This document shows, piece by piece, positions 1 to 8,814 of a stretch of DNA of 64,000 bases. The stretch is from contig CAWFCQ010000004.1 of the NCBI GenBank assembly GCA_963814375.1, forward strand, positions 288,001-352,000, in the 5' to 3' direction. This DNA is from an uncultured Chloroflexia bacterium (GTDB lineage: Bacteria > Chloroflexota > Limnocylindria > QHBO01). Position 1 is the first letter of the stretch. Every line of letters begins with the position of its first letter. The position numbers and the translations under genes are program-made. The notes under the pieces were generated by a model. It was given only the letters and a program-made list of their open reading frames with translations. It searched no databases and was not told where the DNA came from.

Positions 1-97
1 CGTGCTGACCTATCTGGCCGAGCGCTTCATCCACGAGCGAACGCTCGAGCGGAAGCGGGCGACCGGAGAGCCGTGGGCCTACCGGGACGGCGGCTGA
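1..97 (+). CDS. 3' end of a CDS running in from outside the window (unknown product)
   Basis: Open frame VLTYLAERFIHERTLERKRATGEPWAYRDGG* ending at TGA 95-97, with high-GC3 codons. Confidence 0.55.
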   Translation, partial: VLTYLAERFIHERTLERKRATGEPWAYRDGG

Positions 98-142
98 GGG
101 CACGCAAACATCTGAGCGGGGGCAAATAGCCGGGAGAGCGAC

Positions 143-835
143 ATGATCCAGGCAGCCCTCATCGGCGCTCTTGCGCAATCGTCGCTCGTGCTCAGCGGCC
201 TTGCGGTCTACGCCGTCAAGGTGCCACGCCGCTTCGTGGGGATCCTTGCCGGCTACGGCGCCGGCGCCCTGCTCGGCGCGGTGGCATTCACGTTGATTCC
301 CGAAAGCGAGGTGCTCAATACGGCCGAGTCGGCCCTCTGGCTCCTCGTCGGGGCGGCGGTGTTCGTGATCGCCGACCGGCTCGTGGAGCTGCGGTTCGGT
401 GGAGAGGGCGGCGGTGGTGGCGCGATGGGCATCGTCGTTGGCGCAGTCGTTGACGGCGTCCCCGAGTCGGTCATCTTCGGGATCCAGATTGCCTCGGGCC
501 AGCCACTGAGCGCCGCATTCCTGGCGGCCGTATTCGTCTCGAACATCCCCCAGGCGCTGGCGCCATCGGTGGACCTCGCGGAGTCCGGCTGGTCGCCCGT
601 CCGCTTAGGCGGCATGTGGGCCATCGTCGTGCTCGCCTGCGGAATCACCGCCGGGCTGGGCTTCTTCCTGGCCGATGCGATCGGGCTCGACGGCGCCCGC
701 GCGGCGGCCTTCGCGTCGGGTGGGCTGCTGGCGATGATGACGAATTCGCTGATGCCCTTCGCCTTCGAGCGCGGCGGCGCGCTGGCGGGCATTGCCACGG
801 TCGTCGGGTTCGCCGTCTCGCTCGGCTCGTCCTGA
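143..835 (+). CDS. ZIP family (GufA/ZupT-like) metal transporter
   Basis: Hydrophobic 230 aa; DGVPES and SNIPQ motifs typical of ZIP TM4/TM5; GGAGAG RBS. Confidence 0.8.
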   Translation: MIQAALIGALAQSSLVLSGLAVYAVKVPRRFVGILAGYGAGALLGAVAFTLIPESEVLNTAESALWLLVGAAVFVIADRLVELRFGGEGGGGGAMGIVVGAVVDGVPESVIFGIQIASGQPLSAAFLAAVFVSNIPQALAPSVDLAESGWSPVRLGGMWAIVVLACGITAGLGFFLADAIGLDGARAAAFASGGLLAMMTNSLMPFAFERGGALAGIATVVGFAVSLGSS

Positions 836-859
836 CCGCCGCCATCGGCGAGGCGAGGC

Positions 860-2941
860 TCAGTGGCCGGCACGCTCCGCGCCGTGGCCATTCTTCGACG
901 CCTCGGCCACGACCTTCTCGGCGATGGTGTGCGGCACCTCGGCATAGTGATCGAGCTTCCAGCTGAAGCGACCGCGGCCCTGGGTGATCGATCGCAGCTC
1001 GGTGGCGTAGTGGAACATCTCGGCCTGCGGGACCTGCGCCTTGAGGTGCTGGAGGCCATCCGCGGAGTCCATGCCGAGGACGTGCCCTCGCTTCGAGGTG
1101 ATCTGGCCCATGACGTCGCCCATGTACTCGTCCGGCACGACGATGTCGACCTCGAGGATCGGCTCCAGAAGCGCCGGTGACGCCGCATCGAACGCCCTCT
1201 TGAGCGCCTGGCTTGCGGCGACCTTGAACGCCATCTCCGAGCTGTCCACGGTGTGGTACGAGCCGTCGACCAGGGTGGCCTGGAGGTCGACCACCGGGTA
1301 GCCGGCCAGGACGCCCTCGGCCATCGCCTCGCGTAGCCCCTTCTCGACGGCCGGGATGTACTGCTTCGGCACGGCGCCGCCCACGATTCGGTCGCCGAAC
1401 TGGAAGCCCGTGCCCATCTCGGCGGGCGCGAACTCGATGACGACATGTCCGAACTGGCCGTGGCCGCCGGTCTGGCGCTTGAAGCGGTTGTCGATGCGCG
1501 CCGCCTGGCGGATGGTCTCGCGGTACGGGACGCGAGGGGTGGCGGTCTTCACCGCGGCGCCGAACTTGCGCTTCAGCCGATCGACGATCACGTCGACGTG
1601 GGCGTCGCCCATCGCGGTCAGGATCGTCTCGCCGGTGCCGTCCTCGCGATGGATGCGCACCGTCGGCTCCTCCTCGCTGAGCCGATGCAGCGCCGGGCCG
1701 AGCTTGTCGAGGTCGGCCTTCGTCTCCGGTTCGATGGCGACCTGGAGCGACGGTTCGGGGAAGGCAAATGACGCCAGCTCCACCGCCTTGGCCTTGTCGG
1801 CCACGAGCGTGTCACCTGCCGATGTCGACGACAGCTTCGCGACTGCCGCAATGTCGCCCGGGCCGATCTTCGCGAGGTTTTCCTGGTCCTTGCCCTGCAC
1901 CGAGAGGATGTTGCCGATCCGTTCCTCTTCCCTGCGGTTGACGTTGTAGACGTGCCCCTGTCCCGACATCGAGCCGGAGACGACTCGGAAATAGGTGAGG
2001 CGGCCGACGAACGGGTCGGCGGTGGCCTTGAAGACCTGCGCCACGAACGGTCCGTTCGGGTCGGGAGCGATCTCCGAGCCGTCGACCGTGGTCCGCGACC
2101 CGACCTCGGCGGGGGAGGGAACGTGCTTGGCGATCATCGCGATCAGCTCGCGGACCCCGATGTTCTTGGTGGCCGAGCCGACGAAGACGGGGACGACCGA
2201 GCCCTCACGCGTGCCCTTGTGCAGCGCCGACTCGATCTCCTCGTCGGTGAAGGCCTCGCCGTCGAGGTACTTCATCATCAGCTCGTCGCTTGCCTCGGCG
2301 GCGGCCTCGACCAGGGCATCGCGCCGCGAGTGCTCGATGCCCTCCAGCTCGGCCGGGATCGGCACCTCCTTCGGCGTGCCGCCCTCGTACACGTTGGCGT
2401 GCTCCTCGATGACGTCGACGTAGCCGTTGAAGGTCTCGGCCGAGCCGATCGGGAGGTAGACCGGCGCGATCTTGGGGCCGAAGCGCGCCTTGAGGGCGTC
2501 CAACGTGGCGTCGTAGTTCGCGTTCTCGCGGTCCATCTTGTTGATGAAGATCATCCGTGGCAGGCCCCGCGCGTCCGCGAGCCGCCACACCTCCTCCGTG
2601 CCGACCTCGACCCCGGCCGATGCGTCGATCACGACGATCGCCGCATCGACAGCGGCCAGCGCCTCGACGACGTCGGCCTGGAAGTCGGCGTAACCGGGAG
2701 TGTCGACGATGGTGATGCGCGTGCCATCGTGCTCGATCGTGCCGATCGCGAGGTTGATGCTCTGCCCGCGCTTCTGCTCGTCCTGATCCCAGTCGAGCGT
2801 CGTCGTGCCCGATTCAACGTTGCCGAGACGCTGGATCGCGCCGGCGTCGAAGAGCATCGCCTCGGCGAGGCTCGTCTTGCCGGCGCCGCCGTGGGAGATG
2901 AGGGCGACGTTCCGGATGCGATCGGGGGTGGTGGGCTTCAT
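860..2941 (-). CDS. fusA: Elongation factor G paralogue (EF-G2 type)
   Basis: SHGGAGKTS, DTPG, NKMD, KRQTGGHGQF and DGSYHTVDSSEMAF motifs; G2 is RGQSI rather than RGITI; GGAG RBS before ATG 2941. Confidence 0.92.
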   Translation of the reverse strand: MKPTTPDRIRNVALISHGGAGKTSLAEAMLFDAGAIQRLGNVESGTTTLDWDQDEQKRGQSINLAIGTIEHDGTRITIVDTPGYADFQADVVEALAAVDAAIVVIDASAGVEVGTEEVWRLADARGLPRMIFINKMDRENANYDATLDALKARFGPKIAPVYLPIGSAETFNGYVDVIEEHANVYEGGTPKEVPIPAELEGIEHSRRDALVEAAAEASDELMMKYLDGEAFTDEEIESALHKGTREGSVVPVFVGSATKNIGVRELIAMIAKHVPSPAEVGSRTTVDGSEIAPDPNGPFVAQVFKATADPFVGRLTYFRVVSGSMSGQGHVYNVNRREEERIGNILSVQGKDQENLAKIGPGDIAAVAKLSSTSAGDTLVADKAKAVELASFAFPEPSLQVAIEPETKADLDKLGPALHRLSEEEPTVRIHREDGTGETILTAMGDAHVDVIVDRLKRKFGAAVKTATPRVPYRETIRQAARIDNRFKRQTGGHGQFGHVVIEFAPAEMGTGFQFGDRIVGGAVPKQYIPAVEKGLREAMAEGVLAGYPVVDLQATLVDGSYHTVDSSEMAFKVAASQALKRAFDAASPALLEPILEVDIVVPDEYMGDVMGQITSKRGHVLGMDSADGLQHLKAQVPQAEMFHYATELRSITQGRGRFSWKLDHYAEVPHTIAEKVVAEASKNGHGAERAGH

Positions 2942-3088
2942 CGGTGCTCCTTGGGCGTGCATCGCTGAGCGCTGCCGAGGCCGAAGGATCCCGCCTCGGG
3001 CGGTGGGTAGCCGAGTGGAACGGCCATTATAGAAGCGGAGCTTCTTTCACCCCGTGACTTCATCCGGCCGCGGCACGATGATGCGCCT

Positions 3089-3793
3089 GTGACGAATCGA
3101 CGCCGACGCCTCATCGAGGCATTCGTGGCGCCCGACAGCTACGGGTTGGTGCTCGCGCTCATCATCCTGACGTACGTGCTGGCGGTGGCACAGGGCACGT
3201 CGGCTGTTCTCGGCGCGGTCGTCGTGCTGGTCCAGGTCGCGACCGTCTGGTTCGTGCTCATCACCGCCCGGGCGAATCAGGCGGCTCGAAGCGTGGCACT
3301 GGCGGTCCTCGTGCTTTCTGGCGTCGTCGCCGTCGCCGGCGGCATCGTCGGTGGTGGCGTGTCCGAGCTATTGATCCTCCTAGCCAGCACGGTCCTGTAT
3401 CTCATCGCGCCGGTCGTGGTCGTGCGGCACCTCGTGGCGCGCTCCGTCGTCGACCGCGAGACGTTGCTCGGCGTCATCGCCGCCTACCTCCTCATCGGCA
3501 TGTCCTTCGCCTTCGTGTTTCGCCTGGTGGGGGCTCTCGATCCGGCGCCATTCTTCGGCGCGGGCGGGGAGGCGACGCCGCCGCAGGCGCTCTTCTTCAG
3601 CTTCACCACGCTCTCGACGACCGGGTTCGGCAATCTCGTCCCCGCTGCCAGCACCGGGCAGACGCTGGCCGTCGCCGAGATGATCATCGGCCAGCTCTTC
3701 CTGATCACGGCCCTCGGCAAGGTCGTCTCCGTGTGGTCGCCGATCGGCCGGAGCCGCAGCAACGAAGAGGCGGGCGGCGCCCCACGCCATTGA
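3089..3793 (+). CDS. Potassium channel family (Ion_trans_2) membrane protein
   Basis: Several TM helices; pore helix/filter FFSFTTLSTTGFGNLVP; AEMIIGQLFL. Confidence 0.8.
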   Translation: MTNRRRRLIEAFVAPDSYGLVLALIILTYVLAVAQGTSAVLGAVVVLVQVATVWFVLITARANQAARSVALAVLVLSGVVAVAGGIVGGGVSELLILLASTVLYLIAPVVVVRHLVARSVVDRETLLGVIAAYLLIGMSFAFVFRLVGALDPAPFFGAGGEATPPQALFFSFTTLSTTGFGNLVPAASTGQTLAVAEMIIGQLFLITALGKVVSVWSPIGRSRSNEEAGGAPRH

Positions 3794-3884
3794 CCATCGG
3801 CGGCAGCCGGCCATCTGCGACCGTATGATGGCCGCGACCCTCCCGCAGCCGATGCCACGGCGTCACCGTCTATCCGGAGGCTCG

Positions 3885-4850
3885 ATGAACCCGACGATGG
3901 AGCCGACCTCAGCGCCCCCCAAGGCCATGGTCTGGATCGAGGGTGGAAGCTTCCGGATGGGCTCGGAGGACTTCTATCCGGAGGAGCGGCCGGTGCATAC
4001 CGTCGCGGTCGACGGCTTCTGGATCGATGAGCACGAGGTGACCGTGGCCGAGTTCCGGCGCTTCGTGAAGGCGACGGGCCACGTGACGGTCGCCGAGCGT
4101 CCGCTCGATCCCGCGGAGTACCCCGACGCCGATCCGAGCCTGCTCAAGCCCGGCGCGATGGTGTTCCGGAAGCGATCCGGACCGGTCAACCTCGACGACT
4201 ATCGCAACTGGTGGGAGTACGTCCCCGGGGCGTCCTGGCGCCACCCCGAAGGCCCGGGGAGCACGCTCGACGGCCGGGAGAGGCATCCGGTGGTGCACGT
4301 CGCCTGGGAGGATGTCGACGCCTACGCGCACTGGGCCGACAAGGAGCTTCCCACGGAGGCGGAGTGGGAGTTCGCCGCGCGCGGCGGGCTGGATGGCGCG
4401 ACCTTCACCTGGGGCGACGAGTTCGCCCCCAAGGGGAGGATGATGGCGAACACCTGGCAGGGGGAGTTCCCATGGCAGAACCTCCTCGAGGACCGCTACG
4501 AGGGCACCGCGCCGGTAATGTCGTTCCCACCCAACGCCTACGGCCTGTTCGACATGGCGGGCAACGTCTGGGAGTGGACGTCGGACTTCTACACGCCGCG
4601 TCACCCTGGCGAAGTCGCCGATGCGTGCTGCGGCCCGCCCTCTAATCCCCGCGTCAGCTCACCGGCCCAGAGCTACAACGTCGGGCAGCCCGGTGAGCAG
4701 TTCCCGCGGCATGTCGTCAAGGGCGGATCGCACCTGTGCGCGCCGAACTATTGCCTTCGGTACCGGCCCGCAGCCCGCCAGGCGCAATCGATCGAGACAT
4801 CGATGGCGCACCTCGGCTTTCGCTGCATCATCCGTCCCGGCACGCAATGA
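3885..4850 (+). CDS. Formylglycine-generating enzyme (SUMF1/FGE family)
   Basis: FRMGS...PEERPVH, LPTEAEWEFAARGG, GNVWEW, KGGSHLCAPNYCLRYRPAAR (catalytic Cys pair), HLGFRC; GGAGG RBS before ATG 3885. Confidence 0.92.
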   Translation: MNPTMEPTSAPPKAMVWIEGGSFRMGSEDFYPEERPVHTVAVDGFWIDEHEVTVAEFRRFVKATGHVTVAERPLDPAEYPDADPSLLKPGAMVFRKRSGPVNLDDYRNWWEYVPGASWRHPEGPGSTLDGRERHPVVHVAWEDVDAYAHWADKELPTEAEWEFAARGGLDGATFTWGDEFAPKGRMMANTWQGEFPWQNLLEDRYEGTAPVMSFPPNAYGLFDMAGNVWEWTSDFYTPRHPGEVADACCGPPSNPRVSSPAQSYNVGQPGEQFPRHVVKGGSHLCAPNYCLRYRPAARQAQSIETSMAHLGFRCIIRPGTQ

Positions 4851-4937
4851 CGTAGGAGAGGAGACGGCGGATCGCGTGATAATCTGCCTCGCCGCAGGCC
4901 GCGGCTGATTCATGCCGCACTGAACGGGAGAGCCCGG

Positions 4938-5390
4938 ATGACAGGTCAGGCGACAACGCCGCTGCTCGACGTCGGTCGAGCCGGGCGAACCTTCGGCGTG
5001 CTGCTGGTGGCCGTGCTGGTGACGGCATGTGTCGAGGATGGTCCGTTCCAGCTCTCCTGGGGCGAGGCCCTCGGGGCGATGCTCGTCTTCTTCCTGCTGT
5101 TCGCGGCGGTGTGGATCTTCATCTCGCTCTTCGCCGACATCATTCGCCGTCACGACCTCGGTGGGGGAGCGAAGGCCGGCTGGGTCCTGGTTCTCGTCAT
5201 CCTGCCGTTGCTCGGATCGCTCATCTACATCGCCGTCCGTCCGAAGGTGACCGAGAAGGACCGATATCTCCAGGCACGCTCGGAAGAGATGACGGACTAC
5301 GAGTTCGTCGCCCAGCTCAACGAGATGAAGGCCACGGGCAAGATCTCCGACGCCGACTACGACGAGTACCTGCGGAACCTCAAGCGCTGA
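4938..5390 (+). CDS. PLDc N-terminal domain membrane protein with SHOCT-like C-terminus
   Basis: DIIRRHDLGGGAKAGWVLVLVILPLLGSLIYIAVRP; tail LNEMKATGKISDADY. Confidence 0.75.
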   Translation: MTGQATTPLLDVGRAGRTFGVLLVAVLVTACVEDGPFQLSWGEALGAMLVFFLLFAAVWIFISLFADIIRRHDLGGGAKAGWVLVLVILPLLGSLIYIAVRPKVTEKDRYLQARSEEMTDYEFVAQLNEMKATGKISDADYDEYLRNLKR

Positions 5391-5403
5391 GCCCCGAACC
5401 GTC

Positions 5404-7561
5404 GTGACCCCTGCCGGATCGGCGGCGACCGGGGTGCCTGCGTGGCTCCACCGCGCGGGCGCCATCAGCTGGCGATTCCTCGCCATCGCGGGTCTGGGCG
5501 CCGTGCTGATCTGGACGGCGTTCCTGCTCGGGACGGTCACTGCGTCTGTCCTGCTCGCGCTGATCGTCTCCGCCACGGTCGCGCCCCTGGTACGGAGGCT
5601 TCGGGCGCGGGGCTGGTCGAAGAGCGGATCGGCGGCGGCCATGACAGCGGCGGCCCTGGGTGTCGGCCTGGGCGTCGTCCTGCTCTTGCTTCTGGCGTTG
5701 GTGCCCGACATGCCCGGCGTCGTTTCAGCGATCCAGACCGGCCTCGACGAGATCCGGGACCAGCTGTCGTCGGTGTCGGTGCCGCCTGACGTCGCCGCGA
5801 GGATCCAGGACGTGGCGTCCGGCGTCGCGTCGTGGATAGCCGGGTGGGTCGGCTCCATCGTGGGCTCGATTGCTGGCACTGTCACGGTCGTCATCCTGGC
5901 CCTGTTCCTCACCTACTACATGCTCACCGACGGGGATAGGGCCTGGGCCTGGGTGCTCCAGGGGACGGCGGGGGAGCGGCGCAGCCGGATCGAGGCGAGT
6001 GGGCACGACGCGCTCGAGCGCGTGGGTGGATACCTTCGAGGTACAGCCGTGGTGTCGGCCGCGCGCGCGATCGCATTCGGCGTGTATCTGGAGGTCCTCG
6101 GGGTACCCCACGCGTTGCCACTCGCGGTGCTCGTGTTCGTCGGCGGGTTCATTCCCTACCTCGGGGGACTCGTCGCGATGGTGACGGTGCTCATCGTCGC
6201 CCTCGGATCGGTGGGGCCGTCGATTACGCTCCTTCTGCTGGGACTCATGGCGGGGACGAACGCCCTCATCGCCAATCTTCTCCGACCAAGGGTGTACGGC
6301 AGCTCGGTACACCTGCACCCTGCAATCGTTCTCATCGTTCTTCCGATCGGCGGAGCCGTCGCAGGGATCATCGGCCTGATCGCGGCCATCCCCGTGGCGG
6401 CCATCATCGCGGCCATCGGAGGAGCGATCGTCGCCGCCCTGGAGCCGGATCGCGTGCCCGGACAGGATCGAGAGGTATCCGGCTGGGTGGATCGCCTCGC
6501 CCAATGGAGCTGGCGACTGCTGGCCGCGATGGCCTCCGCGGCCGTCGTGCTGTTCGTGATCGGGCAGGCTCCGCTCGTCGTCACCCCCGTGGTGCTGGCC
6601 GCGATCATCGCGGCCACCGTTGCGCCCCTCGCGCGCGCTCTTCGCGAGCGCGGCTGGGGCCCGAGCAGAGCCGCCATGGCCGTCACCGGCAGCGCCTACC
6701 TCGTCATCCTCGCCCTGGTCGTCCTGGCCATCACCCAGCTGGCCGCCCCGCTCGGCGACGCGATCCGTTCATCGGTCGCGGGCGCTGAACAGCTCGAGGA
6801 TGACGCGGCGGGCACGCTCGGATGGGTGGGTTCCCTCGCTCGCGTCATCGGGAGCGACATGCTCGGCGTGTTCGCGGCCGTCCTGGAGGCCGTCGCGGCC
6901 GTCGGCATCGTTCTCGTCCTCGCCGCGCTTCTGTCGTTCTACCTCGTGCGGGATGCGCCGACGGCGTGGGAGTGCGGTGCTGAAGCGGACGAAGCCGTGG
7001 CGGCGAGACGCGATCGACGATACCGGTCGGCATTCGGCAGGCCTCCTGGGCAGCTACATGCTGGGCACGGCGGCCATCTCGGCGGTTGGCGCGATCGCTC
7101 AGCTGGCGATCATGCTCATCCTGGGACTCCCATTCGCGGTCCCCATCGCCATCCTCTCGTTTATCGCGTGCTTCATTCCCTACATCGGCGGATTCATCAC
7201 GACGGGGATGGCGTTCCTCATCGCCGTCGCCTTCGGCACGCCGACGGAGATCGCGATCATGTTCGTCTACACGATCGTCATCAACATCGTGCAGGGCAAT
7301 GTCGTCACGCCCCTCGTCTACGGGCGCGCCGTCAACCTGCACCCCGCTGTGGTCCTGCTTGCAATTCCCGCCGGTGGCGCCGTGGCAGGCATCGCGGGGA
7401 TGTTCCTGGCCGTGCCGCTGCTGGCACTGGTCGCGGCCTCATGGCGCACGGTCCTCTACGTGATGGGCGACCGACCGACGACACCGCCGCCCGTGGATCC
7501 GCAGCCGGCCGGCGTCGCTGCATCGGCGCCGGCGCTCGAGCCGAGCCCTGGCGCAAGCTGA
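5404..7561 (+). CDS. Double-length AI-2E family transporter (two tandem units; +1 frameshift near 6970)
   Basis: Unit 1 has FIPYLGG and LHPAIVL; unit 2, completed in the 6620..7561 frame, has FIPYIGG and VNLHPAVVL; frames join at TGGG ~6967-6970. Confidence 0.8.
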
Positions 7562-7748
7562 CTGACCCGGGCCTCGTGGCCGAGCAGCCGCGTACGCTAC
7601 AGTACATACGCGACGGACCCGCGGCATTCCCCTGGCGGTGAATGCGGACACTCACCCGTTCCGGACGATGCATTTCGCGTCCATACCGGCCGCGTCGAGG
7701 ACCGCGGAGTAGCATGGCGTCGAGCCGATACATCCTCCGCAAGTCGCT

Positions 7749-7774
7749 CCATCCGCGGGGGCCATCGAAACGTA
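7749..7774 (+). promoter_or_regulatory. Candidate ECF-sigma promoter CCATCC-N16-CGTA upstream of DUF6325-SHOCT
   Basis: ccatcc gcgggggccatcgaaa cgta, ~45 nt before ATG 7821; resembles SigK-like ECF -35/-10 elements. Confidence 0.45.
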
Positions 7775-7820
7775 GTGGAAGCGAAGGCCCGCACCGGGCC
7801 CGCAAGAGGAGGACCTTGGC

Positions 7821-8292
7821 ATGGCTCTCGGACCCATCGAGCTGCTGGTACTGAAGTTTCCCGGGAACCAGTTCAAGGGCGAGATCGCTCCCGCACTGCA
7901 GGAGCTCGTCGACAACGGGACGATTCACGTGATCGACCTGATCTTCGCGATCAAGGACGAAGCAGGCGACCTCGCCGTCCTGGAGCTGAACGAACTGGGA
8001 GACGAGCAGCTCGCCGTCTTCACACCGAAGGAATCCGAGCTGAGCGGATCGCTCACCGAGGACGACGCACGGAGCCTCGCGGGCGGCCTGGAGAACAACT
8101 CGTCTGCGGCGATCATGCTCTTCGAGAACACGTGGGCGGCACGATTCGCCGATGCGGTCAGCCAACGCGAATGGCGAGCTGATCCTCAACGAGCGCATCC
8201 CACGAGCCGTCATCCAGGAGCTGATCGCCGAGGTGCGTGCCGCTTCCAGCGAAGCGACCGAAGTCGGCCAGGAAACCGGCACCCCCGCATAG
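7821..8292 (+). CDS. DUF6325/DUF1269-like protein (frameshift near 8160)
   Basis: MALGPIELLVLKFPGNQFKGEIAPALQELVD...IDL...SAAIMLFENTWA; continues in another frame as ANANGELILNERIPRAVIQELIAE...* at 8292. Confidence 0.75.
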
Positions 8293-8319
8293 CCAGACCT
8301 GAGAAGGAGAGCAACGATC

Positions 8320-8667
8320 ATGAGACGCCGTCGAGGTGGATTGGTTGGAACCATGGCGCGGACCGCGGTAATCGCGGGCACGGCATCGGCCGTGGCTGGT
8401 GGAGTGCACCACCGCCAGGCGCAGAGGTGGGAGGGCCAGGAGGCCGAGCAGCAGGCCGCAGCACAGCAGGAGGCGGACGCTGCGGCCTACCAGCAGCAGC
8501 TGGCGGCGCAGCAGGCACAGCAGGCCACAGCGGCGACCGCCGCGGCCGCAGCCGCTCCGGGAACGCCCGACATGATCGCCCAGATCCAGCAGCTCGCGAC
8601 GCTCAAGGCCCAGGGGATTCTCTCGGAAGCGGAGTTCGAGGCCGCGAAGGCAAAGCTCCTGACGTGA
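8320..8667 (+). CDS. SHOCT domain protein
   Basis: MARTAVIAGTASAV N-terminus, Q/A-rich linker, IQQLATLKAQGILSEAEFEAAKAKLL; AAGGAG RBS. Confidence 0.88.
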   Translation: MRRRRGGLVGTMARTAVIAGTASAVAGGVHHRQAQRWEGQEAEQQAAAQQEADAAAYQQQLAAQQAQQATAATAAAAAAPGTPDMIAQIQQLATLKAQGILSEAEFEAAKAKLLT

Positions 8668-8675
8668 GCCGAGCG

Positions 8676-8755
8676 CGGGCGGGCATCCGCCCGCCCGAGA
8701 AACACCGCGTTAGACGAGTCTCAGGGGGTGGGCCGCCCGACCGGTGTCGGGCGGC
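8676..8755 (+). terminator. Two GC-rich hairpins between SHOCT and sulfatase genes
   Basis: cgggcgggc-atcc-gcccgcccg (8676-8697) and gccgcccgac-cggt-gtcgggcggc (8732-8755); no U-tract. Confidence 0.4.
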
Positions 8756-8814
8756 AACTAGAACGTGGGCGGCGGCGAGACCCGTGCAGCCGAGGCCGAC
8801 AGGAGCAGAGAACC

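Noticed and set aside
3059-7670. Shared TCAYCC...CGATG motif upstream of island genes (3059-3080, 7651-7670)
   Set aside because: Only two loose copies with different spacing; needs motif discovery across genomes
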